A stretch of 63,196 nucleotides of DNA, counting the filler, from Octopus bimaculoides (Eukaryota), in NCBI RefSeq assembly GCF_001194135.2. It is 4 parts of 4 records of this genome, joined end to end, with 100 filler letters (N's around TTAATTAATTAA, not from the genome) between each part and the next. Parts side by side here need not be neighbours in the genome. Positions count along the whole stretch, not along the records: positions 1 to 22,174 come from NC_068990.1; 3 more parts are not named here. One strand, 5' to 3'. How positions within the stretch are numbered: the first letter of the stretch is position 1; every line of letters begins with the position of its first letter. This document shows positions 1-10,569 of this stretch, in pieces. Made by a program: the position numbers and the translations under genes. Below the pieces are notes generated by a model. The model worked only from the letters and a program-made list of their open reading frames with translations, was not told the origin of the DNA and ran no database searches.

Positions 1-22
1 GAAAACCTTTTTTAAATAAGAG

Positions 23-71
23 GGTTAGGAACCACTGTTGGGAACAACTATGAAAAGGTTAAGAACCATTG
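23..71. mobile_element. Right end(s) of a hAT-type MITE, end motif present twice
   Basis: GGTTAGGAACCACTG (23-37) and GGTTAAGAACCATTG (57-71) resemble the right TIR of the MITE at 21278-21530; the rest lies outside the window. Confidence 0.4.
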
Positions 72-160
72 GTACAGACGGACGAAATGCATCTAAACAT
101 TTTGTCCGGCGTACTAACGATTCTTCCAGCTGGCTGCCTTACTTTCACAAAGAATATTCG

Positions 161-370
161 TTTCAAATTTTGGCACAAAGCCAGCATGTTCGGGGGATGA
201 GATAAGCCGATTGCATCGAACCAAGTGTACAACTGGTACTTATTTTATCGACCCCGAAAGGATAAAAGGCAAAGTCGACCTAAGCCGAGCTTGAACTTAG
301 AACGTCAAAACGGACAAAATGCCGTTTAGCATCTTGCTCGGCGTGTTAATGATTCTACCAGCTCGACGTC
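161..370 (-). mobile_element. SINE family A (tRNA-derived head, GGTCGACTTTGCCTTTCATCC core)
   Basis: Reverse-complement match to the copies at 10338-10569 and 38193-38580; B-box-like GTTCAA; a separate head fragment lies at 75-141. Confidence 0.9.
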
Positions 371-404
371 TTGCATTTAGAAATAATAATAATACCGAGT
401 TAAA

Positions 405-624
405 GGTTGTGAGCTGGCAGAAACGTTAGCACGCCTGGCGAAATGCTTAGCGGTCTGTCGTTACGTTCTGAGTTCAAACTCCACCGAGGTCGACTTTGTC
501 TTTTATCCTTTTGGGTCGATAAATTAAGTTCCAGTTACACGGTGGAGTCGATGTAATCGACTTAATCCCTTTGTCCTTGTTTGTCCCCTCTATGTTTAGC
601 CACTTGTGAGCAATAAAGAAATAA
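405..624 (+). mobile_element. SINE family A, full length
   Basis: GAGCTGGCAGAAACGTTAGCAC head, GAGTTCAAACTCC B-box, GGTCGACTTTG core, AATAAAGAAATAA tail. Confidence 0.92.
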
Positions 625-781
625 TGTTGACCCTTGTCAGATACGTCTAGGCCACACGTTGAATAATGATTACTTTAAATTTCATTCCTATTGTTATCTG
701 TTAAAATGAGGGCGATGTATTGGCTAAATTTATTAAATGTCATACAAATTATCATGTAGAATTAAAGCTGCGACTCCTTAC

Positions 782-835
782 GTTCTGGGTCCCAATGCCA
801 CCGAAGCTGACGTTGCAATTTTGGATAACGTAATT
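782..835 (-). CDS. Candidate 54-nt internal exon, (E)LRYPKLQRQLRWHWDPE, product unknown
   Basis: Minus strand TTTTAG acceptor, GTAAGG donor, open phase 1-1 frame. An alternative acceptor at 862-863 also gives an open frame. No homology recognised. Confidence 0.3.
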
Positions 836-1055
836 CTAAAACTTCCAAGAGATTTTATTACCTGCAATGATTCAAATTACCTAGTCTTTCACTATACTTT
901 GTTTCTTGTAAGTACCAGAGAAAGGCGATAGGATCCGGTTCCAATGAGATTTACCTGTTATTTCTAGCAATACGGCTGAGCACAGAGAAGGCCTTCTTTT
1001 CGGTGGTTAATCAATTCAGTTTTGTTGTCGATGTTGTGGTTAGTGTTTAACATTA

Positions 1056-1265
1056 AGGCGGTGAGGTGGTATGATTGTTAACACGCCAAAAAATGCTCAG
1101 TGGCATTTCGTTCATTTTTACGATCTGAGTTCAAATTCCGCCGAGGTCAACTTTGACTTTCATCCCTTTCAGGGTTGATAAAATAGGTAGCGGTTGAGCA
1201 CTGGAGTCGCTGTAATCGACTTACCCACTCCACTAAATTTCTGGCCTTGTGCCAACATTTGAAAC
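1056..1265 (+). mobile_element. SINE family A
   Basis: GAGTTCAAATTCCGCCGAGGTCAACTTTG core and GGCCTTGTGCCAACATTTGAAAC tail. Confidence 0.9.
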
Positions 1266-1483
1266 TGACATTAGTGCTTAGCACGTGATCGGTCCTTGTT
1301 GATCAAGAATATTCCAATATATGGCCTGCTAGACATTTTTTCTTATATAGTGGTGGTGTGGGGGGGGGTATCTAGAACCATGAGGGTACATATCCTGGGG
1401 TCGAATAATCCGCTGATCCCTCTTCCAAAGCCGAGGGCTTGCACCAGAGTTGGAAATCTATTATGTAGTGCGTGCGTGCCATT

Positions 1484-1680
1484 GTGTTCGTCTACCTATC
1501 ACTTGGCAACCGGTGTTGTTTTCTTTCTGCCCTGTAACCAGACCGTTCTATTCAAAATGACAGACAGAATAAGCACCAGGCTTTAAGCAATGTACTGTTG
1601 TCGATTTTATCCAGAAGAACCATCAGGGTGGTGCTCCAGCATGGCTACGATCCAATGACTGAAACAGATAAAAGTTTAAA
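1484..1680 (+). mobile_element. SINE family B, 3' part
   Basis: GCAACCGGTGTTG...GGTGCTCCAGCATGGC...ATGACTGAAACAG, shared with the copy at 25725-25945. Confidence 0.8.
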
Positions 1681-2062
1681 ACTAACTTTNNNNNNNNNNN
1701 NNNNNNNNNNNNNNNNNNNNNNNNNNNNNNNNNNNNNNNNNNNNNNNNNNNNNNNNNNNNNNNNNNNNNNNNNNNNNNNNNNNNNNNNNNNNNNNNNNNN
1801 NNNNNNNNNNNNNNNNNNNNNNNNNNNNNNNNNNNNNNNNNNNNNNNNNNNNNNNNNNNNNNNNNNNNNNNNNNNNNNNNNNNNNNNNNNTAGCAATTCT
1901 AAATTTACAGCAGTAACTTCTCGAAACTACTTATCTCTTGTAATGAACAAAGAAAGAATGCAAAGTCATTTCCAAAGTTCTCGCTCATTTATTTATTTAT
2001 TTATGTATTTATGTGTTCTGTTATTTGAATTAAATATTTGCTGGTATTATAACACACATTGA

Positions 2063-2536
2063 AAAGCGGTGAGCTGGCAGAAGCGTTAGAACGCCGGGTG
2101 AAATGTTTAGTAGTATTCCTTCTGTATTTACGCTCTGAGTTCAAATTCCGCCTTTCATCCTTTCGAGGTCGATAAATTAAGTACCAGTTGCGTACTGGGG
2201 TCGATCTAATCAAGTGGTCGGATCTTTTCCTTTTGGCCGGCACATAGTAAAAATAATTTTTTGTAATTAAACACTTTCAAATTTCGTATACTGGTAGAAT
2301 GTGTCATTTAAAACATCATTTACTTCTGGCGTTTTTAAGAAAATTCTTTATTTTCGAAGTTATTTCGTGTTGAAGTTGTCGTATTTCGGTAATTTCAAAC
2401 AACCAATGACGTCTATTGAGGTGAAAACAATTACTGCTGTGGTTTGTCAACAATTTTTTCTATGTGCCGCTCAAAAGGAAAAGATCCGAGAGGCCCCCTC
2501 CCCACAAATTTCGGGCCTTGTGCCTAGAAAAGAAAC
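2063..2536 (+). mobile_element. SINE family A split by a MITE (2063-2217 plus 2491-2536)
   Basis: The body stops at GATCTAATCAAGTGG and resumes at AGGCCCCCTCCCCACAAATTTCGGGCCTTGTGCC after the insertion. Confidence 0.85.
2218..2489. mobile_element. Unclassified MITE with 30-bp TIRs
   Basis: Left TCGGATCTTTTCCTTTTGGCCGGCACATAG versus reverse-complemented right TCGGATCTTTTCCTTTTGAGCGGCACATAG (28/30); interrupts a SINE; possible 3-bp TSD TGG/AGG. Confidence 0.8.
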
Positions 2537-2540
2537 AAAA

Positions 2541-3448
2541 AGTGGTGAGCTGGTAGAATTGTTGGCACGCCGGGCAAATTACTTAACAGCATTCCGTTCT
2601 GAGTTCAAATTCTACCGAGGTCGACTTTACCCTTCAATCCCCTCGGGGTTGACAAAATAAGCACCAGTTTAACACTGAGGTCGATGTAATCGGCTTATAT
2701 CCTCTCTCGAAATTACTGGCCTTGTGCAAAAATTTGAAACTATTGTATGCGACGTTAGAAGGTGGTTAGCGGGCAGAATCGTAAGTACGCCGAGAAAATT
2801 ATTTAGCAGTATTCCTTCCGTCACTGCGTTATGGGTTCAAATTCCACCGATGTCAACTTTGCGTTTCATCCTTTCGGAGTCAATAAAAATAAGTACCAGT
2901 TGAATGCTGGGGTCAACGTAATCTCCCGAAATTGCTGGCCTTGTGTCAATATTTGAAAACAGTATATTCGACGTTGGAAGTTAGTGAGCTGGGAGAATCG
3001 TTAGCACGCCGGGCAAAATGCTTAGCAGCATTTCGTCCGGCGTTTTGTCCTGTGTTAAAATTAAACCAATGTCGACTTTGCCTTTCATTGTTTCGGTGTC
3101 GATAAAAATAGTACCATTTGAATACTAGAAGCAATGTAATCGACTAGCTCCTTCCCTCAGAATTTGTGCCTTTAGCAGAAAGGAATACATGCGACTTAGA
3201 AAGATGGAAGACTTTGAAGCTTTGACGAGCTGAAAGAATTGTTAGCGCGTCGAGAAAAAGATGCATACGCCATTTCTTCCGTTTTTACGCTCTGAGTTCC
3301 AATGCTGCTGAGGTCAACTTAATTTTTCATCCTTTCTGAATCAGTTTAGATAGTACCAATTGTGCACTGCTGTCGATGTAATTGACAAACACCACTCATA
3401 AATATGCTGGCTTTGTGCCGAAATTTGAAATAGCTGTACGCGACTTTG
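2541..3448 (+). repeat. Head-to-tail array of four family A SINEs (about 2541-2740, 2761-2959, 2981-3183, 3221-3430)
   Basis: Four successive diverged copies of the head/core/tail motifs, each followed by a related linker of about 19 bp. Confidence 0.88.
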
Positions 3449-3547
3449 CTTTGGCTATTTAAAATATTCGAAACCATTTTACATGGATAGGTTTTCAATC
3501 TGCTGTTCAAAATATAAATGAACTAAATTGAATGATAAGAAAATGCA

Positions 3548-3752
3548 GGCGCCTCTACAAGACCGTTATGTCTGCTAGAAATAGCAACTAAATTCCCTTC
3601 AAACGAGACCTAGAAATCCTAAACAGGAGAAAATGTTAAACGACATAGGTCTACATGCAATATTTCAGACACAAATGTGGTAAGTCACATCTGGAAAGTC
3701 TTTGATCATTGGTCTATTTGATCAGAGATGGCTTGATGCTAAATAGCAACAC
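3548..3752 (-). mobile_element. Dispersed repeat family C (TTTAGCCCCAGGTC...GCTATTTCTAGCAG)
   Basis: Reverse-complement similarity to fragments at 37690-37870, 48040-48190, 48640-48770, 49185-49280 and 58195-58295. Confidence 0.6.
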
Positions 3753-3881
3753 AAGCATGCCCTACAGTTTGCTTATAACATGCAACGTGTATTAAAGTTG
3801 GACAGTCATATTGCATTCAGAATCAACCAGGAGGTTGGTATAACAAACACTGAACAACCTGTGAGACCTGAATGCATGGAA

Positions 3882-3927
<46 letters not shown>

Positions 3928-4133
3928 TGTTTCTTTGAACAGTACTAATCTCGTTCGCCAGTTATCGATTTTATAACAAAAATGCAAACACGTCTGATCA
4001 TGGATTTTAAATCCGAAAGCGTTCGCAATAAATTTCACCAAGCACAAATTTATCATCATAAATGTCACGTTACTTCTTGGCTAATATATGTGTGCGTATA
4101 CACACATACACACACACACACACACACATATAC

Positions 4134-4287
4134 ATGGCTGTGTGGTAGGTAGCTTGCTTACCAACCGCATGGTTCCAGGTTCAGTCCCACAGCGTGACAC
4201 CTTGGGCAAGTGTCTTCTACTATAGCCTTGGACTGACCAAAGCCTTGTGGGTGGATTTGGTAGACGGAAACTGAAAGAAACCCGTCG
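4134..4287 (+). mobile_element. SINE family B, tRNA-like head
   Basis: TGGCTGTGTGGT A-box-like, GGTTCAGTCCC B-box-like, CACCTTGGGCAAGTG core, GGTAGACGGAAACTGAAAGAA. Confidence 0.9.
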
Positions 4288-4325
4288 TATATATATATAT
4301 ATGTATTTATATATATAAAGATTTG

Positions 4326-4506
4326 TTATGTAAACTACATTAGCTTACAGCTGTTTCTGCTATCAGGTGCAGTGACCTCATAGTTGGGTGCCTGATTAAC
4401 TGCATCTTTGAGGCTCTAACGAAACAATAAGGTGCTACTCAGGCATTCAACTATGAGTCCACTGCATCTTATAATGGAAACAGCCGTAAGCTAATGAAGT
4501 TCATAA
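4326..4506. mobile_element. Foldback/MITE with inverted arms of about 70 bp
   Basis: 4326-4395 pairs with 4439-4506 (for example CATTAGCTTACAGCTGTTTC with GAAACAGCCGTAAGCTAATG); 43-nt loop. Confidence 0.75.
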
Positions 4507-5179
4507 GGTAATTGTTTATTCTGATGTCATATCTTTTNNNNNNNNNNNNNNNNNNNNNNNNNNNNNNNNNNNNNNNNNNNNNNNNNNNNNNNNNNNNNNN
4601 NNNNNNNNNNNNNNNNNNNNNNNNNNNNNNNNNNNNNNNNNNNNNNNNNNNNNNNNNNNNNNNNNNNNNNNNNNNNNNNNNNNNNNNNNNNNNNNNNNNN
4701 NNNNNNNNNNNNNNNNNNNNNNNNNNNNNNNNNNNNNNNNNNNNNNNNNNNNNNNNNNNNNNNNNNNNNNNNNNNNNNNNNNNNNNNNNNNNNNNNNNNN
4801 NNNNNNNNNNNNNNNNNNNNNNNNNNNNNNNNNNNNNNNNNNNNNNNNNNNNNNNNNNNNNNNNNNNNNNNNNNNNNNNNNNNNNNNNNNNNNNNNNNNN
4901 NNNNNNNNNNNNNNNNNNNNNNNNNNNNNNNNNNNNNNNNNNNNNNNNNNNNNNNNNNNNNNNNNNNNNNNNNNNNNNNNNNNNNNNNNNNNNNNNNNNN
5001 NNNNNNNNNNNNNNNNNNNNNNNNNNNNNNNNNNNNNNNNNNNNNNNNNNNNNNNNNNNNNNNNNNNNNNNNNNNNNNNNNNNNNNNNNNNNNNNNNNNN
5101 NNNNNNNNNNNNNNNNNNNNNNNNNNNNNNNNNNNNNNNNNNNNNNNNNNNNNNNNTATACTTTTATTCTTGTACATAT

Positions 5180-5352
5180 TTCATTCTGAGGCATCACCTT
5201 AAAGGGTTTTAGTCGAAAAAATCGACCCCGGGATTTATTTTTTAAGCCTAGTACTTATTCTCTGTGCCTCTTTTGCCGAACCCCTAAGTTACGGAAATGT
5301 AAACACACCCACACCGGTTTTCAAACGGTGATTTGGGGCAAACTCAAAGATA
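5180..5352 (-). mobile_element. SINE family B, 3' part
   Basis: TTTTAGTCGAA...CGACCCC...AGTACTTATTC...TTTTGCCGAAC motif string in reverse orientation. Confidence 0.85.
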
Positions 5353-5456
5353 TACACACACACACACACATGTGGTCTTGAGTCCGCGGTAGAAGCTGTT
5401 GACACCCACCTTTGGAAGTTTTTCAATACTTTTATATTGGAACGGAATATTGAATG

Positions 5457-5491
<35 letters not shown>

Positions 5492-5704
5492 ATACACACA
5501 CACACACTATCATCTTAGATAGTAATAACAACAGACAAAATAAATATATACAGTGTCGCATAACGATGGGAGTCTTCGCCATGGCTATGTGCAATACGCT
5601 TATATAAATATGCTTCGTCCAGTTCTGGTTACTCGTGTCGACAATGAACTCCATCATTTTCGAACATGATGTGTTATAATGTGCATTATAACAAAACGGT
5701 GCCG

Positions 5705-6142
5705 GGCAGCGAACTGACAGAAACGTTAGCGCGCTGGGCAAAATGCTTAGCGGTAATTCGTTCGTTTCTATGTTCTGAATTCATACTCCGCTGAGGTGGG
5801 CTTTGTTTTTCAATGTTTCGGAACGATAAAATAAGTAGCTGTCAAGTATTGGAGACGATGTAATCGACTAGCCCTCACTCTTCAAAAATTCCGGGCTTGT
5901 GCCAGAATTTGAAATTATTTTAACAAAACGCTGTCAGTTCGCGAGATGGCAAACATTTTACATGCTGGGCAAAATGCTTAGCGGCATTTTTTTTTCCAGC
6001 GTGATACGCTCTGAGCGCAAATCTTGTTGAAGAAAGCTTTGCTTTTCATGCTTTCAGAGTCGATCAAATAAACTAACAGTCAAGTACCGAAGTGAGTGTT
6101 ATCGATTACCTACCTTTCTTGCCTGATGCCAAAATTTGAAAC
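5705..6142 (+). repeat. Two tandem family A SINEs (5705-5915 and 5940-6142)
   Basis: Two diverged copies, each preceded by TAACAAAACG (5689-5698 and 5921-5930). Confidence 0.82.
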
Positions 6143-6184
6143 AATTTCAATAAAACAAAGAAACATGGAGATGATTTTTAATGT

Positions 6185-6190
6185 TTTATT
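6185..6190 (-). terminator. Candidate polyadenylation signal of the minus-strand gene
   Basis: AATAAA on the minus strand followed about 25-40 nt downstream by GT/T-rich TGTTTCTTTGTTTT; about 480 nt after the stop at 6665. Confidence 0.3.
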
Positions 6191-6604
6191 AGAAAAAATA
6201 GAACGATTTCTATAAGAAAATGTACATTTAACGTATAAATAATGTATAGAAACATTTTTTATATATTTCACAAATTATAGTTTTATATTCAGTGAAAGAA
6301 ATGTCGACAATTTACGAAGACAACTTTACAATGGTTGTTAACGATGCAATGTAATTCATAAATAAAAGAAAGTACACACAGCTGTATACATTAAAAAGAA
6401 GTAGCTGTGAAGTAGTTTGTGACTGTTGATTTGTTGAAGAGGAAGACATTTTGAGCGGTTTTAATGTGGATTAGGGTAACATTTTGTTGCGATTACAAAA
6501 GTAAAACTGGTCATTTTTAATATAATTCTGTTTAATAATGAGTTCTCACATTGCTGGAAATAACTACAATAGTCTTGTGGGAATGCTTGCAAGTACTCTC
6601 TCAA

Positions 6605-6652
<48 letters not shown>

Positions 6653-6664
6653 AGCTGTTTCTCA

Positions 6665-6798
6665 CTAGGAAAAAATGTCATGACGAGCGTGAGTTGTCTT
6701 CCATGCAGCAACTGGCCATAAGACGGTGGGGATCCCAGGCAAACATTCGCCTTTCATGTTACCACTTCGCATGAGTTCTTTCTCCTTAGTCATTCTAC
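6665..6798 (-). CDS. Candidate terminal coding exon, (G)RMTKEKELMRSGNMKGECLPGIPTVLWPVAAWKTTHARHDIFS*
   Basis: GGTTTTCTGTAG acceptor; only the phase-1 frame is open, matching the phase-1 exit of exon 13366-13649; ends in TAG. Confidence 0.45.
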
Positions 6799-8081
6799 CT
6801 ACAGAAAACCTATATCACAGGGCAATATACCAATATGAAGTCATATAGCTTCATATTGGTATGTTGTAATTAAAGATTTGTCTCAGATCACTACAAAGAT
6901 CTTTGTTAATTAGTATCCAGGAGATTGCAGTACGTTTTTACGATCTTGTAAAAGAGTACTGGCAATGTTAAAGGAAGGTAATTAGTTTCAACAGGGAATC
7001 GAAACTTATCTCTAAGCCAACAGCATCAATTTTTCAATTGCTTAATATTGTTTGGAGAAATGTTTCATTGTAAGTTATTGATTGGAGTGAAGGACTCTGG
7101 GAGTGCAATTGTTAAATTTAAAATATTTTTACAAGAATTAGTAAATTTTGACTGTTTCACCATGAAACGCGTTTGTTATCCAAAGCAGGGTTTTAAGAAT
7201 TATCAAATTTAAAATCAAAATTTTCACAGCCCGTACAACGAAAAGGAAATGAGGCATTGAAGTACATCATTAGTATTTTTCTTCTCTACTCTATGATGAA
7301 AAGATTCGATAGTATTGAATACTTATCGATCTCCTAAAATGGAATCATGTTTGAAAATAATATATGCATAGTTTTGATAGTAAAATTACAAGTTGAGGTT
7401 GACGGGATATTGTTTAAGTTTTTGACATTTCGGACATAAACTAGAATACTCTGAGAAGCACCTCACTCGAGACATAACCATCTCTGTCAAAACAGGATCA
7501 CAGAACTTTTTGTCTTAAAGTGCATTCATACTATTTTTGAATGATTTGTAACAGAAATACCTTCACATATCTAAATATATATGTGTGTATATACATAAAC
7601 ACACACACATATATAATAACAAAATGATAGAAATCAATGGATGATCTTCGACCTTACAGTCTTTTATTGTTATTATTATTATTACTTTCTAATTCTTACT
7701 TCTACAGAAAATGATGCTATTTAACAGTTTTCGACAGACGTTTTTTTTTTTTATAGAATTCATTGGTGATTTTGTTTCCTTATTGCTTGGTTATTTACGT
7801 CTCTGTCCAGTTTTAAAACAAAGTTGCTCATTGTTACTTAATGCTTAATCCTCCAATAAATTTGCTGTCTCTTTGATTTGTTCAATGTTGCTTTCAAACT
7901 TTCATGCAGGATGTCATTCATCTTCCACTGGAAATTGGTCTCTTTAAATGGAAGTTGGAAGAATGAGAAAGTTCAAAAGGATTTTTTGATCTGTTTTTAT
8001 GTGCTGAAAAAAATAAAATAAAAAAATTCAAAATAATTTTATATGAATAGATATGAATACTCAAGCATAAAATAATATTGA

Positions 8082-8200
8082 TTTCAAATTTTGGCACAAG
8101 GCCAGCAATTTTGGGTAAGGGAATAAGTCTATTACATTGACCCTAGCACTTAACTTGTACTTATCTTATCGACCCCGAAAGAATGAAAAACAAAGTCAAC
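8082..8200 (-). mobile_element. SINE family A, 3' half
   Basis: TTTCAAATTTTGGCACAAGGCC tail and ATCGACCCCGAAAG core in reverse; abuts a family B copy. Confidence 0.85.
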
Positions 8201-8204
8201 AATT

Positions 8205-8419
8205 TATCTTTAATCTTTTAATTGTTTCGGTCATTGGACTGCAACCATACTGGGGCGCCGCATTCAAGGGTTTTAGTCGAAGAAATCGCGCTCAGTACAT
8301 ATTTTTTAAAGCCTTATTCTATCAGTCTATTATTTTTCCGAACTACTCACTTACGGGGGCTTAGAAAAACAACTATACTGGTTTTTAAGTGGTAGTGGAG
8401 AGCAAACACAAAACACACG

Positions 8420-8469
<50 letters not shown>

Positions 8470-8475
8470 TATATA

Positions 8476-8522
<47 letters not shown>

Positions 8523-8706
8523 ACACATATATATATTTATATATACACGACGGGCTTCTTTCTGTTTCCATCTAGTAAATCCACTTACAATGCTTTGGTC
8601 GGCCCGGGTATATAGTAGAAGGCACTTGAAGATGCCACGCAGTGGGACTGAACTCGGAACCATGTGGTTGGGAAGCGAACTTCTTACTACACAGTCACGC
8701 CTATGC
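8205..8706 (-). mobile_element. SINE family B, complete with internal (TA)n
   Basis: Tail 8205-8420, microsatellite 8420-8548, head 8549-8706 (GGGACTGAACTCGGAACCATGTGGTTGG). Confidence 0.9.
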
Positions 8707-9430
8707 CTAGATTTAGATAAATAAAACAGTCAATCTAACCGTCAGTTGTTGGCATTTTTTTATTCTATACTTCCTCAGCTTTACTTCCTATTGATTGAAC
8801 AATTCAGGACGTTATCTACGGTCATTTTTTCATGGAGTCAAGACATTAAAACGGAGTTATGCATTGGCGTGCGCGAGCTTTACGCTACTTTTTGATTTTA
8901 GTTTCATGTGACAAAATAAAGAAATGAGGGCCAACTCGAGCATATTCTTGTACCTTGAAACTTAAAATGTCAGCCGGAGCCAACGATTCTCACGTAACTT
9001 GAACCGCTTTGTACTTATTTGGAATTTCTCTATCTTTCTCTAACAATTGTTACTAATTTTTGCCCGATTTATCTCCATATGGTTTCACTCTGACAGCACA
9101 TTGACCTCAATTTGTTCTATTTTTGTGTAGATTTCTAATCCCCGATACAATGTAGCACGATAAAAACTGAATATAACCGAGGTTAAGAGATAGGGAAAAG
9201 CAAATGAATCATGATAATGGAAATAGATAACACTTCGTAACAAATGTAAAGAGATGTTTGTTTAACATGATTTTTTTCATTGTCAAATATTAAATCTAGG
9301 GCGCTCTTTCGACAAATGTTGTACCATCGCAGAGTTAGACTTAATAATGTTGTGAATGGCTCTATCACTTACATATCTAAAGTGATCTATTTGATATATC
9401 TAAAATGTTTTCCACGGTTGTATATTTTAA

Positions 9431-9901
9431 CCCATTAACTGCTCAATTTCTTTTTAGTATTGTTTTGGCTTTACCAGGTGTCTTAGGAGTTAAAAATAAT
9501 ATATAATTTAGATTTTCTTCATATGTGAATTATTTTAGAATATATTTATCCTTTTCTATTCAATTGCAATAACAAACATTGTTTGTTTGTTTTTTAACTA
9601 TAGTATCAAATTCCAATGCGTATGAAATACCATTGAATGATGTAGATGGAAAATGCAAAAAAAAAAAGAAAATGTTTTCAAAACAGTCGGTATTTTTGTA
9701 GTTCACAAATTGCGATTTATGATATAAAATGTACTCTAGAATTAGCCAAAGCTAATAATGACAAACTTTAACGACCAAATATTGTTAAACACGCCTCTGC
9801 AAATGCAATATACATAAGCAATTCACTTTAAATACAACGAACAACCGGCAGTAAGACTGTTTTTAGCAGATCCCCAAATGGGGCTCATGGCAGACAATGG
9901 G
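9431..9901. mobile_element. piggyBac-like non-autonomous element
   Basis: TTAA-CCCATTAACTGC ... GCAGACAATGGG-TTAA: TTAA at 9427-9430 and 9902-9905, CCC/GGG termini, 10/12 TIR match. Confidence 0.55.
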
Positions 9902-10089
9902 TTAAATAGAGAACACAACAATCTGCACGGTACATTCTATTGTGATCGAAGAGTTTATTTGGGAACGAAGCTAGTATAACAAAGACTTGTGAAAATGTCA
10001 AATTCTTGGTACTCTGAAGTGTCTATTGGTGACTAAGGCAAGCCTTGATTCCTCATTTGATATGTGGACGGTGTCGGTGCACCCTAGAC

Positions 10090-10244
10090 CCGTGGTTCCT
10101 AACAGGAATCTCTATGACCCTTAGGGTTATATAAATCCACATAATAGGATTTTTTAAACATCGAATAGCCATAAGGGTCCGTCCGAGTAAAACAGGAATC
10201 AAAAGGGACCATAAGCAAAACATGATTAAAAAAAAAAGCCACTC
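10090..10244. mobile_element. hAT-type MITE, decayed
   Basis: Starts CCGTGGTTCCTAAC...TATGACCCTTAGGG like 21278-21530; degenerate right end GCCACTC; 5/8 TSD match. Confidence 0.45.
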
Positions 10245-10336
10245 CTCCAGATGGATGGTTATGAAATGTGAGAAAAGTTATGTTCTTTGCTGTCCTCTGA
10301 ATATCGAAAAAGCCCAAGAATTACCACGTTGTCTGC

Positions 10337-10569
10337 TATTTCTTATTTCTTTATTGCCCACAAGCGGCTAAACATAGAGGGGACAAACAAGAACAGACAA
10401 AGGGATTAAGTCGATTACATTTACCTCAGTGCGTAACTGGTAGTTACTTATCGACACCGGAAGGATGAAAGGCAAAGTCGACCTCGGCACAATTTGAACG
10501 CAGAACGTAGCGGCAGACGAAATACCGCTAAGCATTTCGCCCGGAGTGCTAACGTTTCTGCCAGCTCGC
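10337..10569 (-). mobile_element. SINE family A, full length, CpG-rich
   Basis: Close reverse-complement match to 38193-38580 including the TTATTTCTTTATTGCCCACAAG tail. Confidence 0.93.

Noticed and set aside
405-500. tRNA-like A/B boxes in SINE heads as tRNA genes
   Set aside because: No complete cloverleaf, and each continues into SINE core and tail sequence.
8780-9420. Minus-strand RKSALDLIFDNEKNHVK, faintly like a Penelope RT segment
   Set aside because: The expected neighbouring motifs (MGSY.G, YRDD) are not recoverable in any frame.
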